The position numbers and the translations under genes are program-made. Of a stretch of 64,000 bases of DNA, positions 32,882 through 42,559 are shown in pieces. The DNA lies in IMG/VR virus record IMGVR_UViG_3300028676_000003, positions 186,001 through 250,000 of that record; one strand, written 5' to 3'. The stretch's first letter is position 1. Each line of letters begins with the position of its first letter. The notes beneath the pieces were generated by a model. That model saw nothing but the letters and a program-made list of their open reading frames with translations. It was not told where the DNA came from and made no database searches.

Positions 32882-33118
32882 ATGAAGACAATCGTTGTAA
32901 AAGAACTAAATAAAAAAGAATCCGTTTCAGAATACATTATCTATCTTATGGTAGGTGAAAATAAAAGGCCCGTACAAGCATTTACTGAAATTGGTGAAGA
33001 AAATAAAAAACTTAGAGTTAATGATATAATTCTAGAACATTTCGTTGACCACGAGACGTTAAAATCACACAATAAAATAATACTAGAAGATATCCTTTTT
33101 GAAGAGTATCTTAAATAA
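32882..33118 (+). CDS. Hypothetical protein
   Basis: ORF track. Confidence 0.5.
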   Translation: MKTIVVKELNKKESVSEYIIYLMVGENKRPVQAFTEIGEENKKLRVNDIILEHFVDHETLKSHNKIILEDILFEEYLK

Positions 33119-33127
33119 TCAAAGAAA

Positions 33128-33475
33128 ATGGAACAACACCCTTTAATTATCGTCTTTTATCTTGATGAAGATATGATGAGACAACCTGAAATAATTCAAC
33201 CATTCGCAGAATCAATCAACGAAATGCTTATTTATAAAAAAGTTAATGCACTTGCATTCTTTATTCCAACAAAAGGAGAAGAAAGAGTTGAATGTATCAA
33301 CCCTGTAGTATTACCTGAAGCAGATGTAGCTAAGGTTTATAAAATGATAGATGATATCAAAGAAAGCTTCGCAATTGGAGTTGATATTGATGTTGATATC
33401 GAAGATGTGGACCTAGACGTTCAATACAAGCCTTGTGATTGTGGTAATAACCCTGATGGAGCATGTCAATGCTAG
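33128..33475 (+). CDS. Hypothetical protein with C-terminal Cys cluster
   Basis: 'CDCGNNPDGACQC'; TAG stop. Confidence 0.55.
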   Translation: MEQHPLIIVFYLDEDMMRQPEIIQPFAESINEMLIYKKVNALAFFIPTKGEERVECINPVVLPEADVAKVYKMIDDIKESFAIGVDIDVDIEDVDLDVQYKPCDCGNNPDGACQC

Positions 33476-33620
33476 AACCAAGCATAGACCCAACATCAAG
33501 TTTTGATGTCAAAAAGGAATGGGTTGAAAAATATCTCCAAAAATCATGGAAAAAAAATAATGAGAATGACGAACAAGATTTGCCAATTTTCAAAAAAATA
33601 AGACAAATAATTAAACAAAA

Positions 33621-33809
33621 ATGACAAATCAAGAAAAAGCAGATTTCTACGATGCATGTATCAGAGAAAATGACAGATTACTTAGAGAAAATTCTAAGAT
33701 AAAATCAGACTTCGCTGGTAACATACCACCTGAGTTAGACTTACAAATAAAACGAAACGAAGAAAGAATCGCTTTATTAGTTGGAAAGATTGAGCAAATG
33801 ATGAGATAA
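33621..33809 (+). CDS. Hypothetical protein
   Basis: ORF track. Confidence 0.5.
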   Translation: MTNQEKADFYDACIRENDRLLRENSKIKSDFAGNIPPELDLQIKRNEERIALLVGKIEQMMR

Positions 33810-33813
33810 TATT

Positions 33814-33838
33814 AAACCCGCTAAATGCGGGTTTTTTT
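33814..33838. terminator. Terminator between convergent genes
   Basis: AAACCCGC-TAAAT-GCGGGTTT plus T tract. Confidence 0.7.
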
Positions 33839-34493
33839 ATGGACGGGTACTAGTTCTTCTTATCTTGGTGTAAGGCCAACCAGTTTCATCATGTATCAAG
33901 TCATATAGACGGGTCATAGTCGCTGGTGTTGCAGTACCCATAAATAATAGACTCTTTATCTTCTGTTTCTTGGCAATCTTAGCTAGTGTATGGTGCAGAC
34001 GTTGAGCTTCTTCAAGGTTTTTACAGATTACCATATCAAATTGTTCTTCATTATAGATAATTAGCTTATTATGAGCTATGATTATCTGTTTAACTACCTT
34101 TTTTGAGTGTGCGTTTACCATAAGACGCTTAACAATCTCGGTAATTGTCACTCTATCAGTATCGTTAGGTAGTCCATATATCCAAAATGTTTCTTCAATA
34201 TCGTATGTATCGGAAGTAAGGATGGTCCAATCACCTAAAGGAGCCTCAGTATAAAGCTTTCCTAAGTCATCTCTTCTAATTCTGAACACATCTCCTTCTT
34301 CGGTAACCTTTGTGATGCATATTTCAAACTTAACTGGTCTGATTCCGTGACTATTAATTACTTTTTTCGGAAAATAGACCTTATTTTGTTCTTTGAATGA
34401 ATAAAACTTGGTATAAACTGTTTCTAAGGTATTACATTGGTATAGTGTTTTTTTATATTCTCCATTTGAGAGCAAAACAACTCGGTATTTCAT
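33837..34493 (-). CDS. Hypothetical protein
   Basis: 218 aa ORF with no competing + strand ORF. Confidence 0.6.
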   Translation of the reverse strand: MKYRVVLLSNGEYKKTLYQCNTLETVYTKFYSFKEQNKVYFPKKVINSHGIRPVKFEICITKVTEEGDVFRIRRDDLGKLYTEAPLGDWTILTSDTYDIEETFWIYGLPNDTDRVTITEIVKRLMVNAHSKKVVKQIIIAHNKLIIYNEEQFDMVICKNLEEAQRLHHTLAKIAKKQKIKSLLFMGTATPATMTRLYDLIHDETGWPYTKIRRTSTRP

Positions 34494-34552
34494 TTTTTAT
34501 TTGTTTTTATGGAATAAATATAGTACTTTTGTACAATAAATAAATAACATAG

Positions 34553-35581
34553 ATGAAAAAAAGAGATTATTATGAAATTCTAGGGGTAACCAAAGAATCC
34601 TCTGCTAATGATATCAAGAAAGCATACCGTAAATTAGCTAAGGAACTTCACCCTGATGTTAATCCAAACAACACAGACGCTGAAAACAAGTTTAAAGAGG
34701 TATCTGAAGCCTATGAACACTTATCAGACAAACAAAAAAGAGCACACTACGATAGAATGGGTCATATGTCGGGTCCTAACAGACAAGACATGGATAACCA
34801 ATTCAACGATATATTCAGATACAGCCAACAAAGACCAATCAGAACTGGTAATAACTTAAGTGTTATAATTAAATTAACTCTTGAAGAAATTTATTCAGGT
34901 GTTACAAAAACATATAAGTATACTAGAGATGTTAAGTGTAATGTTTGTGAGGGTCACGGTGGTCATGATGTACATGACTGTCCAACTTGTCATGGAATGG
35001 GTGAAATCGCTAGAATGTATAAAACACCTTTCGGAGTTATCCAACAAGGAGAATTATGTTATTCTTGTCATGGAACTGGTGAAACAACCAAAACACCATG
35101 TGGTACTTGCCACGGAACTGGTCTTGAAAAAGAAGAAACAACTGTTGAACTTGAAATACCTTCAGGTGTAACTAATAATATAACAGTAGCAATGAATGGA
35201 AAAGGTAATGCTATCAAAGGTGGAACCTATGGAAATCTTCATTGTACAGTAATGGAACTTCCTCATAAGGTATTCATCAGAAATGGTAATGACCTTAGAA
35301 TGAACCTAAAATTAACATATCCACAACTTATACTTGGTGATAAGGTTGAAATAGAGACCATAGGTGGCAAGAAAATTAGAATTACGATAGCTGAGCTCAG
35401 TAATATAGGAACGAACCTTAAAATAGCCTCAAAAGGGCTTATACCGCTAGGTGAGACCGAATCTAAACGTGGCGATTTGATAATTACCCTTGGATTGGAC
35501 ATTCCGAAGGAAATTGACGATGAAACGAAGAGCTTAATCATTGATTTAAAGACTAAAATGGATGCAAGTAAAATTTCTTAA
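34553..35581 (+). CDS. dnaJ: DnaJ chaperone
   Basis: J domain with HPD; four CxxCxGxG repeats. Confidence 0.95.
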   Translation: MKKRDYYEILGVTKESSANDIKKAYRKLAKELHPDVNPNNTDAENKFKEVSEAYEHLSDKQKRAHYDRMGHMSGPNRQDMDNQFNDIFRYSQQRPIRTGNNLSVIIKLTLEEIYSGVTKTYKYTRDVKCNVCEGHGGHDVHDCPTCHGMGEIARMYKTPFGVIQQGELCYSCHGTGETTKTPCGTCHGTGLEKEETTVELEIPSGVTNNITVAMNGKGNAIKGGTYGNLHCTVMELPHKVFIRNGNDLRMNLKLTYPQLILGDKVEIETIGGKKIRITIAELSNIGTNLKIASKGLIPLGETESKRGDLIITLGLDIPKEIDDETKSLIIDLKTKMDASKIS

Positions 35582-35653
35582 GGAAAATGTTGCAACCAAT
35601 ACTTCTAAATAGTACCTTTGTATAACAATAAAAATAAACAATTAAATATAAGT

Positions 35654-36103
35654 ATGGGAAAGTACATAGAACCGTTTGAAGACACAGTTTTAGAATTTGA
35701 AGCAAAAATTAGAGAAGCTGGATTAGATGTTTCAACAAACATTAAAATTATCACAGATAACAAATTGAAACCTGAAATTTTCAGTGTTAAGAAATGTTCT
35801 CCAATTGAATCATATAAAACTGGTGATGATGTTAATATCTTTTTAAACGAAGACATTTTTGACAAATTACCTGATGATTTACGAGCATTAACAATAATCG
35901 AAGCATTGGCTTGGGTTTCATATGATTCAGAAAAGGATGTAGTAGCGGTTAACGCACCTGACTTTAAAGCTCACTCAATGGTTTTAGCTAAACACTCGTA
36001 TGAAGAAATGGTTGTTCTTAAAGAATCAATCAAAACTCTTTTACAAGTGCAAAAAGAAGCTGAAGATGCTGAAAAAGCGGCAAACAAGAAAGCTAGACAA
36101 TAA
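35654..36103 (+). CDS. Hypothetical protein
   Basis: ATG after TACCTTTG promoter. Confidence 0.55.
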   Translation: MGKYIEPFEDTVLEFEAKIREAGLDVSTNIKIITDNKLKPEIFSVKKCSPIESYKTGDDVNIFLNEDIFDKLPDDLRALTIIEALAWVSYDSEKDVVAVNAPDFKAHSMVLAKHSYEEMVVLKESIKTLLQVQKEAEDAEKAANKKARQ

Positions 36104-36106
36104 GTC

Positions 36107-36508
36107 ATGACACAAGAAGAGATTCATAAGGTAAATCCCAAGGTAATAGTTTGGGATTTTTTAGATGAAGCAATAATGGGTATCGCAAACAAGGAATTGG
36201 ACGGACCCATTGTTGTAACTCTTTCTGAAGACCCTGAAACACTTGTTTTAGAATTTTTTGATAATGAAGAAGAAACATATGACAATTGGGGTAGACGAGA
36301 GTTTGGACCTGTAGTTGCATATGACATTAATAAAATCATAGATATTCTAATGAGAGATGTAAGTGTTAATGAGAATGATTTAGAAGACGGAATGACGGTA
36401 GAAGATGCAAAGTATGAGACAGCGTTGGAGTACTTTGAATTTAATATTGACGGTGCTTGGGTTGGTGAATTTACACCTATACATATCTTAGTTAAAGAAG
36501 AAGAATAA
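36107..36508 (+). CDS. Conserved-looking phage hypothetical protein
   Basis: 'LDEAIMG', 'ALEYFEFNIDGAWVGEFTP'. Confidence 0.6.
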   Translation: MTQEEIHKVNPKVIVWDFLDEAIMGIANKELDGPIVVTLSEDPETLVLEFFDNEEETYDNWGRREFGPVVAYDINKIIDILMRDVSVNENDLEDGMTVEDAKYETALEYFEFNIDGAWVGEFTPIHILVKEEE

Positions 36509-36528
36509 AAACAATAAAAACAAAATAA

Positions 36529-37269
36529 ATGAATTTAGTAAACGATTTTAAAAATTATGCTATCAAGCATATCGGATGTTCAGAGTATGACTTTCAAATT
36601 TGGGAAGAAATGCAAGGTCAAATCTATAATCCAAGCGTAGTAGCTAATATGTATGCAGGTGGAGTTGTTAGTGAACCAAAAGCCTCAATGACACCATATA
36701 TCTTAGAAGAAAGAGAAATGCGTGTAACACAAATGGATATCTTTTCACGTCTTATGATGGATAGAATTCTTTGGTTGGCAGGTCCAGTAAATGATAGAAT
36801 GAGTACTGTAGTACAAGCACAGCTTATGTTCTTAGATAACTTAGAAGTTGGAGATATTACTCTACATGTGGATTCACCTGGTGGGTCGGTTAAGTCAGGT
36901 CTTAGTATTGTTGACGTTATGAACTATATCTCTTCAGATATCATCACAATCAACACAGGTATGGCGGCAAGTATGGGAAGTATCTTATTAGGTGCAGGAA
37001 CCAAAGGAAAACGTTACTCTTTACCAAACTCTAGAGTTATGCTTCACCAAGTTTCAACAGGTGCTCAAGGTACAATGGCAGACGTTAAGATTTCTATCGC
37101 TGAAGGTGAAAAATATAACACGAAATTATTCGGTATGTTAGGTGAGTACACTGGAAAAGACCCTGAACAAATTATGATTGATGCTAACCGTGATTTATGG
37201 TTAAGTGCAGAAGAAGCTAAGGCTTATGGGTTGGTTGATGGTATCATCACAAAAAAAATTACAAAATAA
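36529..37269 (+). CDS. clpP: ATP-dependent Clp protease proteolytic subunit
   Basis: 'DIFSRLMMDRI', 'SPGGSV', 'AASMGS', 'MLHQ', 'RDLWLSAEEA'. Confidence 0.95.
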   Translation: MNLVNDFKNYAIKHIGCSEYDFQIWEEMQGQIYNPSVVANMYAGGVVSEPKASMTPYILEEREMRVTQMDIFSRLMMDRILWLAGPVNDRMSTVVQAQLMFLDNLEVGDITLHVDSPGGSVKSGLSIVDVMNYISSDIITINTGMAASMGSILLGAGTKGKRYSLPNSRVMLHQVSTGAQGTMADVKISIAEGEKYNTKLFGMLGEYTGKDPEQIMIDANRDLWLSAEEAKAYGLVDGIITKKITK

Positions 37270-37382
37270 TTCATTTTTTACTTGTTTTTAGTAAATTAAT
37301 GTAGTACCTTTGTAAAACAAAATAAGATATGTGGGTTTTTTTATCGGAACCCACATATTTATTTACAAGTTCTTAAATTTAT

Positions 37383-37754
37383 GGGGATGCCAAGGTATTG
37401 ACTGTCTAGTAGTACGAGGTAAGCATGTAGTGAGATGACAACTATCACTTAAATCTATGTTATCAAAAATGTAATTGACAACGATTTATTCGTATCAGAA
37501 AATTTCTTCGATGAAGCTGTAATGGTTTCTACAAGAGAGCTTGCAGTAGCCTAATACTTGCACATGGTTGTATACAACCTGATGATAGTAATCTATCAGA
37601 ACCCATTTTCGTCACTGTGGTAAAGAGGCGAGGTTTGATGATAGTGTAAACCTTAATAACACCTTTTAAAGATTGCTGGTTATATGAATCAGATAAACAT
37701 GTAGAAAAAATCGTGGTATTATCCAACACAGGGGTTCGATTCCCCTCATCTCCT
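37383..37754 (+). ncRNA. ssrA: tmRNA
   Basis: GGGGATG/CATCTCC acceptor with G3-U70, 3' T-arm GGGGTTCGATTCCCC, internal tag frame 37477-37554 DNDLFVSENFFDEAVMVSTRELAVA*. Confidence 0.9.
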
Positions 37755-37886
37755 CAAAAACAAATGCTTTAACAGCTACTATCCCTACCAAGGAACACTA
37801 GTAATATTATGCCAATTATATCGTCTATAATTGGCATTTGTTTTTAACTCTTTCAGTTTTTCACATATTTATAAATAAAAAAGAAT

Positions 37887-38159
37887 ATGGGTAAGATTAT
37901 GCAAGATTTAGTAAACAGTTTCAAGACAAGCGCAGGTGGATTTAGTTCAAGAAAATTAACCGCATTTGTTATCGTATTTTTGGTTGTATTAACTCATATT
38001 AAATGGTTAACACTAGGAAATTTGTCACAATTAGAAATGGTTTTGACAATTGACTACGGATTTATTTCAGCATTGTTTGGTATGACAACATATCAGACAA
38101 TAAAAAAGAAGAATGATGCTACAAAAGAAGAATCGAAAGACGAAACTAAGGTAGAATAA
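37887..38159 (+). CDS. Holin-like two-TM protein
   Basis: 'FSSRKL', two TM segments, charged C-tail, ATATTTATA motif upstream. Confidence 0.5.
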   Translation: MGKIMQDLVNSFKTSAGGFSSRKLTAFVIVFLVVLTHIKWLTLGNLSQLEMVLTIDYGFISALFGMTTYQTIKKKNDATKEESKDETKVE

Positions 38160-38292
38160 AAAAGGCCCTCAAAGGGCCTTTAATTATTTTTTAGGTGGTT
38201 TGCAACCACATCCGTTTTGTGTGTTCATAGCATTTAAGTATTAGTTTACGTTATTCTTACAATAATAAATATTTGAAATAATAAAAATAATT

Positions 38293-38562
38293 ATGTTTAA
38301 CGAAAAATTTAATATATTTTCTTTTATCATAACCATTAAAAATCTCTTTAAAAAGAAATATACTGTCAACATATTAGATAGTAAATGGCAAGTTATATCA
38401 GAAGATGTTAAACTTGAAAAGATTCCAAGACAAGATGAATATATTTGGAGCGGGACAAGATACTATCAAGTAATCAATATTGTCCACATATTCAACAAAA
38501 AACAACAAATTTTAATAATTGTAGAGGAACTTACAAGTAATGAAATCACTGATATTCAATGA
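38293..38562 (+). CDS. Hypothetical protein
   Basis: ORF track. Confidence 0.5.
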   Translation: MFNEKFNIFSFIITIKNLFKKKYTVNILDSKWQVISEDVKLEKIPRQDEYIWSGTRYYQVINIVHIFNKKQQILIIVEELTSNEITDIQ

Positions 38563-38669
38563 GTTAAAAAATAATTTAAAAATAAATTGAAAATTACTTG
38601 ACTTGAATTAAAATAATTAGTACCTTTGTATATATTTATTTGAAAACGTTCTTACAAATTATCATAAAA

Positions 38670-38887
38670 AAGATAGGTCCAGCAACCAAACAAACAAACA
38701 GCTAAGAAAATCCTGAAAGATGGAAAATTCGGAAGATAACCGAGGGTAAGCTAAATCACAACATCATTACCACCCCAATAGGTGCAAGTAGGGTGTAACC
38801 ATCGGGATGATGGTCACTGCCAAAGCAAAGCCGAAGATGTAAACAGGGTTAATCTGCCGAGATGAAAAACACGAAAAACTATCTTGA
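38670..38887 (+). ncRNA. Putative structured RNA, repeated motif copy B
   Basis: AAGATAG/CTATCTT closing stem, GTCCAGCAA; first element after the 38621 promoter. Confidence 0.5.
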
Positions 38888-38977
38888 GATAAAAAATATT
38901 GTTATTTACATACTAGAGATGTATGACACTTGATGATTGATTAAGTGATTGGTGAAATCCCAATATAACAAACATAT

Positions 38978-39050
38978 TGCGGGGTAGAGCAGTTGGTAGC
39001 TCGCAAGGCTCATAACCTTGAGGTCGTCCGTTCGAATCGGGCCCCCGCTA
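38978..39050 (+). tRNA. tRNA-Met(CAT), initiator-like
   Basis: Cloverleaf, CAAGG-CTCATAA-CCTTG, 1:72 mismatch. Confidence 0.9.
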
Positions 39051-39079
39051 CTAGAATCGTGAGGATTTAAAACTCAAAT

Positions 39080-39152
39080 TAGTGATATCGTCTAAGTTTA
39101 AGATGGCTCCCGTGGAGGGAGTTGATAAAGGTTCAAGTCCTTTTATTGCTAC
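39080..39152 (+). tRNA. Atypical tRNA-like element, anticodon unclear
   Basis: Acceptor TAGTGAT/ATTGCTA, T-arm AAAGG-TTCAAGT-CCTTT, arm CTCCC-GTGGA-GGGAG. Confidence 0.55.
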
Positions 39153-39158
39153 ACATAT

Positions 39159-39229
39159 TGCGGTTTAGTGTAATTGGTAACATGACGGGCTCATAACCCG
39201 AAGTCGAGGTTCGAGTCCTTGCTCCGCTA
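39159..39229 (+). tRNA. tRNA-fMet(CAT)
   Basis: GGG/CCC anticodon stem, CTCATAA loop, 1:72 mismatch. Confidence 0.85.
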
Positions 39230-39236
39230 CAGATAA

Positions 39237-39299
39237 AGAATAGTTACAGCAAATTAACAAAAATTTTTAATGGTATAAAAAACAAACATGCTATTCTGA
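39237..39299 (+). ncRNA. Putative structured RNA, repeated motif copy C (minimal)
   Basis: AGAATAG/CTATTCT stem, TTACAGCAA; terminator follows at 39312-39338. Confidence 0.45.
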
Positions 39300-39364
39300 A
39301 CTTATAAAAAGAACCTCATCATATCGGTGAGGTTTTTTATTTTAAAACAATAAATAATTTAACA

Positions 39365-40043
39365 ATGGGAAAACTTAATTTAGAAATCCGTGACGCAGAA
39401 GGTGGAACTGATGCGAAGTTGTTAGTAAGTGTGATGAAAGAAATCTACACGAAAACAGCTAAAAATAACAATTTAGAATGTACAGTAGTTGAGGAAAGAA
39501 ATGGGTTCGCCCATCTATGTCTTTAGCGGGGCTGATGTAGATAAAATATTCGGAAACGAAGTAGGAAACCACAGATGGCAAAGGGTACCGCCTACGGAAA
39601 AGAAGGGTAGAGTTCACACAAGTTCTATTACAGTTGCAATTCTAGGAGAAAACGATTATCAAGAGGTTGAAATATACCCAAGTGAATATCGCTTAGAAAC
39701 AACAAGAGGAACAGGAAACGGTGGACAACATAAGAATTCAACAGATTCTTGTGTGGTTGTAACTCACATTTCAACTGGAATAAAGGTTGTAAGAGATGGA
39801 AGGGACCAACATAAAAACAAAGCAGAAGCACTAAAAGAAATTCATTTAAGAGTTAATAATTTCTACAAGACAGGTCACGATGATGCGGCCAGTCAAGAAA
39901 GAAAAGAACAAATAGGTGACGGTGGACGTAGTGATAAAAGAAGAACGTATAGAGTTAAGGACTCATTAGTAATTGACCACGTAACGAATAAAACTGCTTC
40001 AATGAAGGACATATTAAGAGGTAAAATTGAACTATTATCATAA
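39365..40043 (+). CDS. RF1-type peptide chain release factor lacking domain 1, expressed by predicted +1 frameshift at CTT-TAG (39521-39526); about 225 aa
   Basis: Frame 0 MGKLNLEIRDAEGGTDAKL...HLCL*; +1 frame has 'HRWQRVPPTEKKGRVHTS' (PxT), GGQ and 'RSDKRRTY'. Confidence 0.85.
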
Positions 40044-40258
40044 TGAAATTAGGACGTAAAAATAGAGTAATTGATTGGGAAGTGATAGGTGTAAATGTCT
40101 TAGGATTTAACCCATCAATGAGACCAAAATTTATAGACATAGAAGTAGATTTACATCTTGTAGATAAGCTTTGGGTACCAGTTGGTAATTCTAGTACTAA
40201 TATTCATACGAGAATAAGTGATACAAACATCTTTGATTATATTAAAAAAGGCTCCTAA
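40043..40258 (+). CDS. Hypothetical protein
   Basis: Coupled TAATG overlap. Confidence 0.45.
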   Translation: MKLGRKNRVIDWEVIGVNVLGFNPSMRPKFIDIEVDLHLVDKLWVPVGNSSTNIHTRISDTNIFDYIKKGS

Positions 40259-40391
40259 TTAGGAGCTTTTTTATTTGCACTATGTTAAAAAAAATAGTAC
40301 CTTTGTTAAACTTAAAAACAAATAAAATGGCAGGATTAATTTTACTTATCTTCATCATGTTAATGATGAGTGATAGCAATAACAGAAGATA

Positions 40392-40658
40392 ATGGAAGAA
40401 ATTACAGAATTAACGTCTGAAAATGTAGAAGAAATAGTTTTAAACTATAAAACAAAGCATTTAGCTGGGTTTACAAGAGTTGAATTACTAGCCTTATTGG
40501 AAAAGTATTCGATTGATGTGGACCATTTCTACGATAAATTAGGTGTAAATACCGTTATGGTAATCGAAACTGAAGTTGTAACCTATCATTGCGATATTCT
40601 AAAAGGGTTACGATGTGTAATTGAAAATAGAGAACAAACCTACGAAGAATGGGATTAG
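40392..40658 (+). CDS. Hypothetical protein
   Basis: ORF track. Confidence 0.5.
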   Translation: MEEITELTSENVEEIVLNYKTKHLAGFTRVELLALLEKYSIDVDHFYDKLGVNTVMVIETEVVTYHCDILKGLRCVIENREQTYEEWD

Positions 40659-41017
40659 TACTTGGTGAAAGACTTCTTCAAGAAGAATGGTCTAGCTTAG
40701 GAACACAAATAATGGGTTTCAGGATAAGTACTTGGACAGTTGGAATTGCCAGTGATGAAATTGAAGCTATGGTTCATCATAAATTATGGATTCCATTATG
40801 TGAGAAAATAACTGAATCATTAGATGCTAGAAATCAAATACGATATGGTTTTAGGTAAAAAACTTCCAATTAGACATTGGACCGATATAGGTAAATGTCT
40901 ATTACATAGAGATATATCAGACCCATATAATTTTATAGTTAATATGGAAATTGATAGAATGATTAATATGATGGTTTGGAGTAGGGTTGGTAGGACAATA
41001 GTTTTTCAGCCTACGAT

Positions 41018-41497
41018 ATGAGAGTAGCTGGAACAGGTCATAGACCTGATAAACTAGGTGGTTATTCAAATAAGATGCATTTAAATCTTGTTTCAATAGC
41101 AGAAGAAGCTCTTAAGAAGATTAAACCAACTGAAGTTATATCAGGGATGGCGATGGGGTGGGATATGGCACTAGCGCAAGCGGCAATTAACCTTGGAATA
41201 CCACTAATAGCGGCTGTTCCGTTCAAAGGACAAGAAAAAGCGTGGTTTGAGAAGACTCAAAAATATTATCATAGCTTACTATCTAAGGCGAAAGAGATTG
41301 TAATTGTTTCTGAAGGTGGATTTACCAAGGGAAAGATGCAAATTAGGAATGAATGGATGGTTGATAACTGTGATTTGGTGTTGTCGATGCATAATGGCGA
41401 CAAATTTGGTGGAACCTTCAACTGTATAACATACATTGAGAATAAAAAGAAACCAAATATTAATTTATATACAAAACTTAAAATAGAAAATGAATAA
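41018..41497 (+). CDS. SLOG/YspA-like (DUF1273) protein
   Basis: 'GTGHRPDKLGGY', 'ISGMAMGWD', 'RNEWMVD', 'GGTFNC'. Confidence 0.8.
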   Translation: MRVAGTGHRPDKLGGYSNKMHLNLVSIAEEALKKIKPTEVISGMAMGWDMALAQAAINLGIPLIAAVPFKGQEKAWFEKTQKYYHSLLSKAKEIVIVSEGGFTKGKMQIRNEWMVDNCDLVLSMHNGDKFGGTFNCITYIENKKKPNINLYTKLKIENE

Positions 41498-42002
41498 ATT
41501 TAAAAGATTACTTATCATAGGCCATGCTCGCCATGGGAAAGATACCTTTGCTGAAATTCTTGAGGAACACTACGGACTTAAATTCGTATCATCATCACAA
41601 GCGGCCGCAGATATCTTCATATTTGATGAGTTAAAAGACAAGTATGGTTATGAAACATCAGTAGAGTGTTTCGAAGACCGAGTAAATCACAGACCTGAAT
41701 GGTATGAGATGATTTGCGATTACAATAAAGACGATAAAGCTAGACTAGCTAAGGGAATCCTTGAAATGGCTGATTGTTATGTTGGAATGAGAGATAGAGG
41801 TGAAATACTTGAATGTATGAATCAAAAATTGTTTGATATTATCATTTGGGTAGATGCAAGTGAAAGACTTGAGCTAGAAGAAGCCTCATCATTCAACATT
41901 GATAAAAAAGATGCTGATTTTATTGTTGATAACAATGGAACACTTGAACAATTTACAGATAAGGTAATCCGTATTGGTAAACTATTGTTGAAAAATGACT
42001 AA
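41490..42002 (+). CDS. Deoxynucleoside monophosphate kinase-like P-loop protein
   Basis: 'GHARHGKDT', 'ADFIVDNNGT'. Confidence 0.7.
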   Translation: MNKFKRLLIIGHARHGKDTFAEILEEHYGLKFVSSSQAAADIFIFDELKDKYGYETSVECFEDRVNHRPEWYEMICDYNKDDKARLAKGILEMADCYVGMRDRGEILECMNQKLFDIIIWVDASERLELEEASSFNIDKKDADFIVDNNGTLEQFTDKVIRIGKLLLKND

Positions 42003-42264
42003 GACAGAATTTATTGGGTTTTTGAAATCAAAAGCTATCGAATTACAACATGTTTCACATTGGGTCCAATCTTTTGAAGGAACTGATGAACATTGGACCC
42101 TTTATAGACCAAGTGTTGATTGGTTAGAAGATAGAATGGACCTATCTAATGAAGGTATTGTAAAGATAATTTACTCTGAAGCCTTTTATGATGACCCAAA
42201 GTCACTTGAAATGTCGTATGAAGAGTTTGTTGAAGATTACTCAAAATCAGTAGGTTACGTTTAA
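41995..42264 (+). CDS. Hypothetical protein
   Basis: ORF track. Confidence 0.5.
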   Translation: MTKTEFIGFLKSKAIELQHVSHWVQSFEGTDEHWTLYRPSVDWLEDRMDLSNEGIVKIIYSEAFYDDPKSLEMSYEEFVEDYSKSVGYV

Positions 42265-42345
42265 AAATAAAAATAATATAAAAAAAGATACAAAAAAGTT
42301 TGGTAGTTCAAAATATTATTGTACCTTTGTAAAAGAAATCAGAAC

Positions 42346-42558
42346 ATGAATACACAAAAAATTATCAAGGCTTTAAATTCTGAAATAGGAATTAAGATTT
42401 TTATATTTGTTATGACATTTATAATCGGTGGAATATTTTTCCTAGCCTTAAAACAAATTTACGTTAGAGAATGGTACGATTTGTTATTATCACTAATAAT
42501 TGTTATAGCAAATGCTATCGGGATTAGAAGAGAATTTAAAAAATTAACAAAAAAATAA
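42346..42558 (+). CDS. Small two-TM protein
   Basis: Hydrophobic segments, promoter upstream. Confidence 0.5.
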   Translation: MNTQKIIKALNSEIGIKIFIFVMTFIIGGIFFLALKQIYVREWYDLLLSLIIVIANAIGIRREFKKLTKK

Positions 42559-42559
42559 T

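Noticed and set aside
39489-39524. TTG start for the release factor as given by the ORF track
   Set aside because: It would omit the conserved LEIR..EGG segment encoded in the upstream frame.
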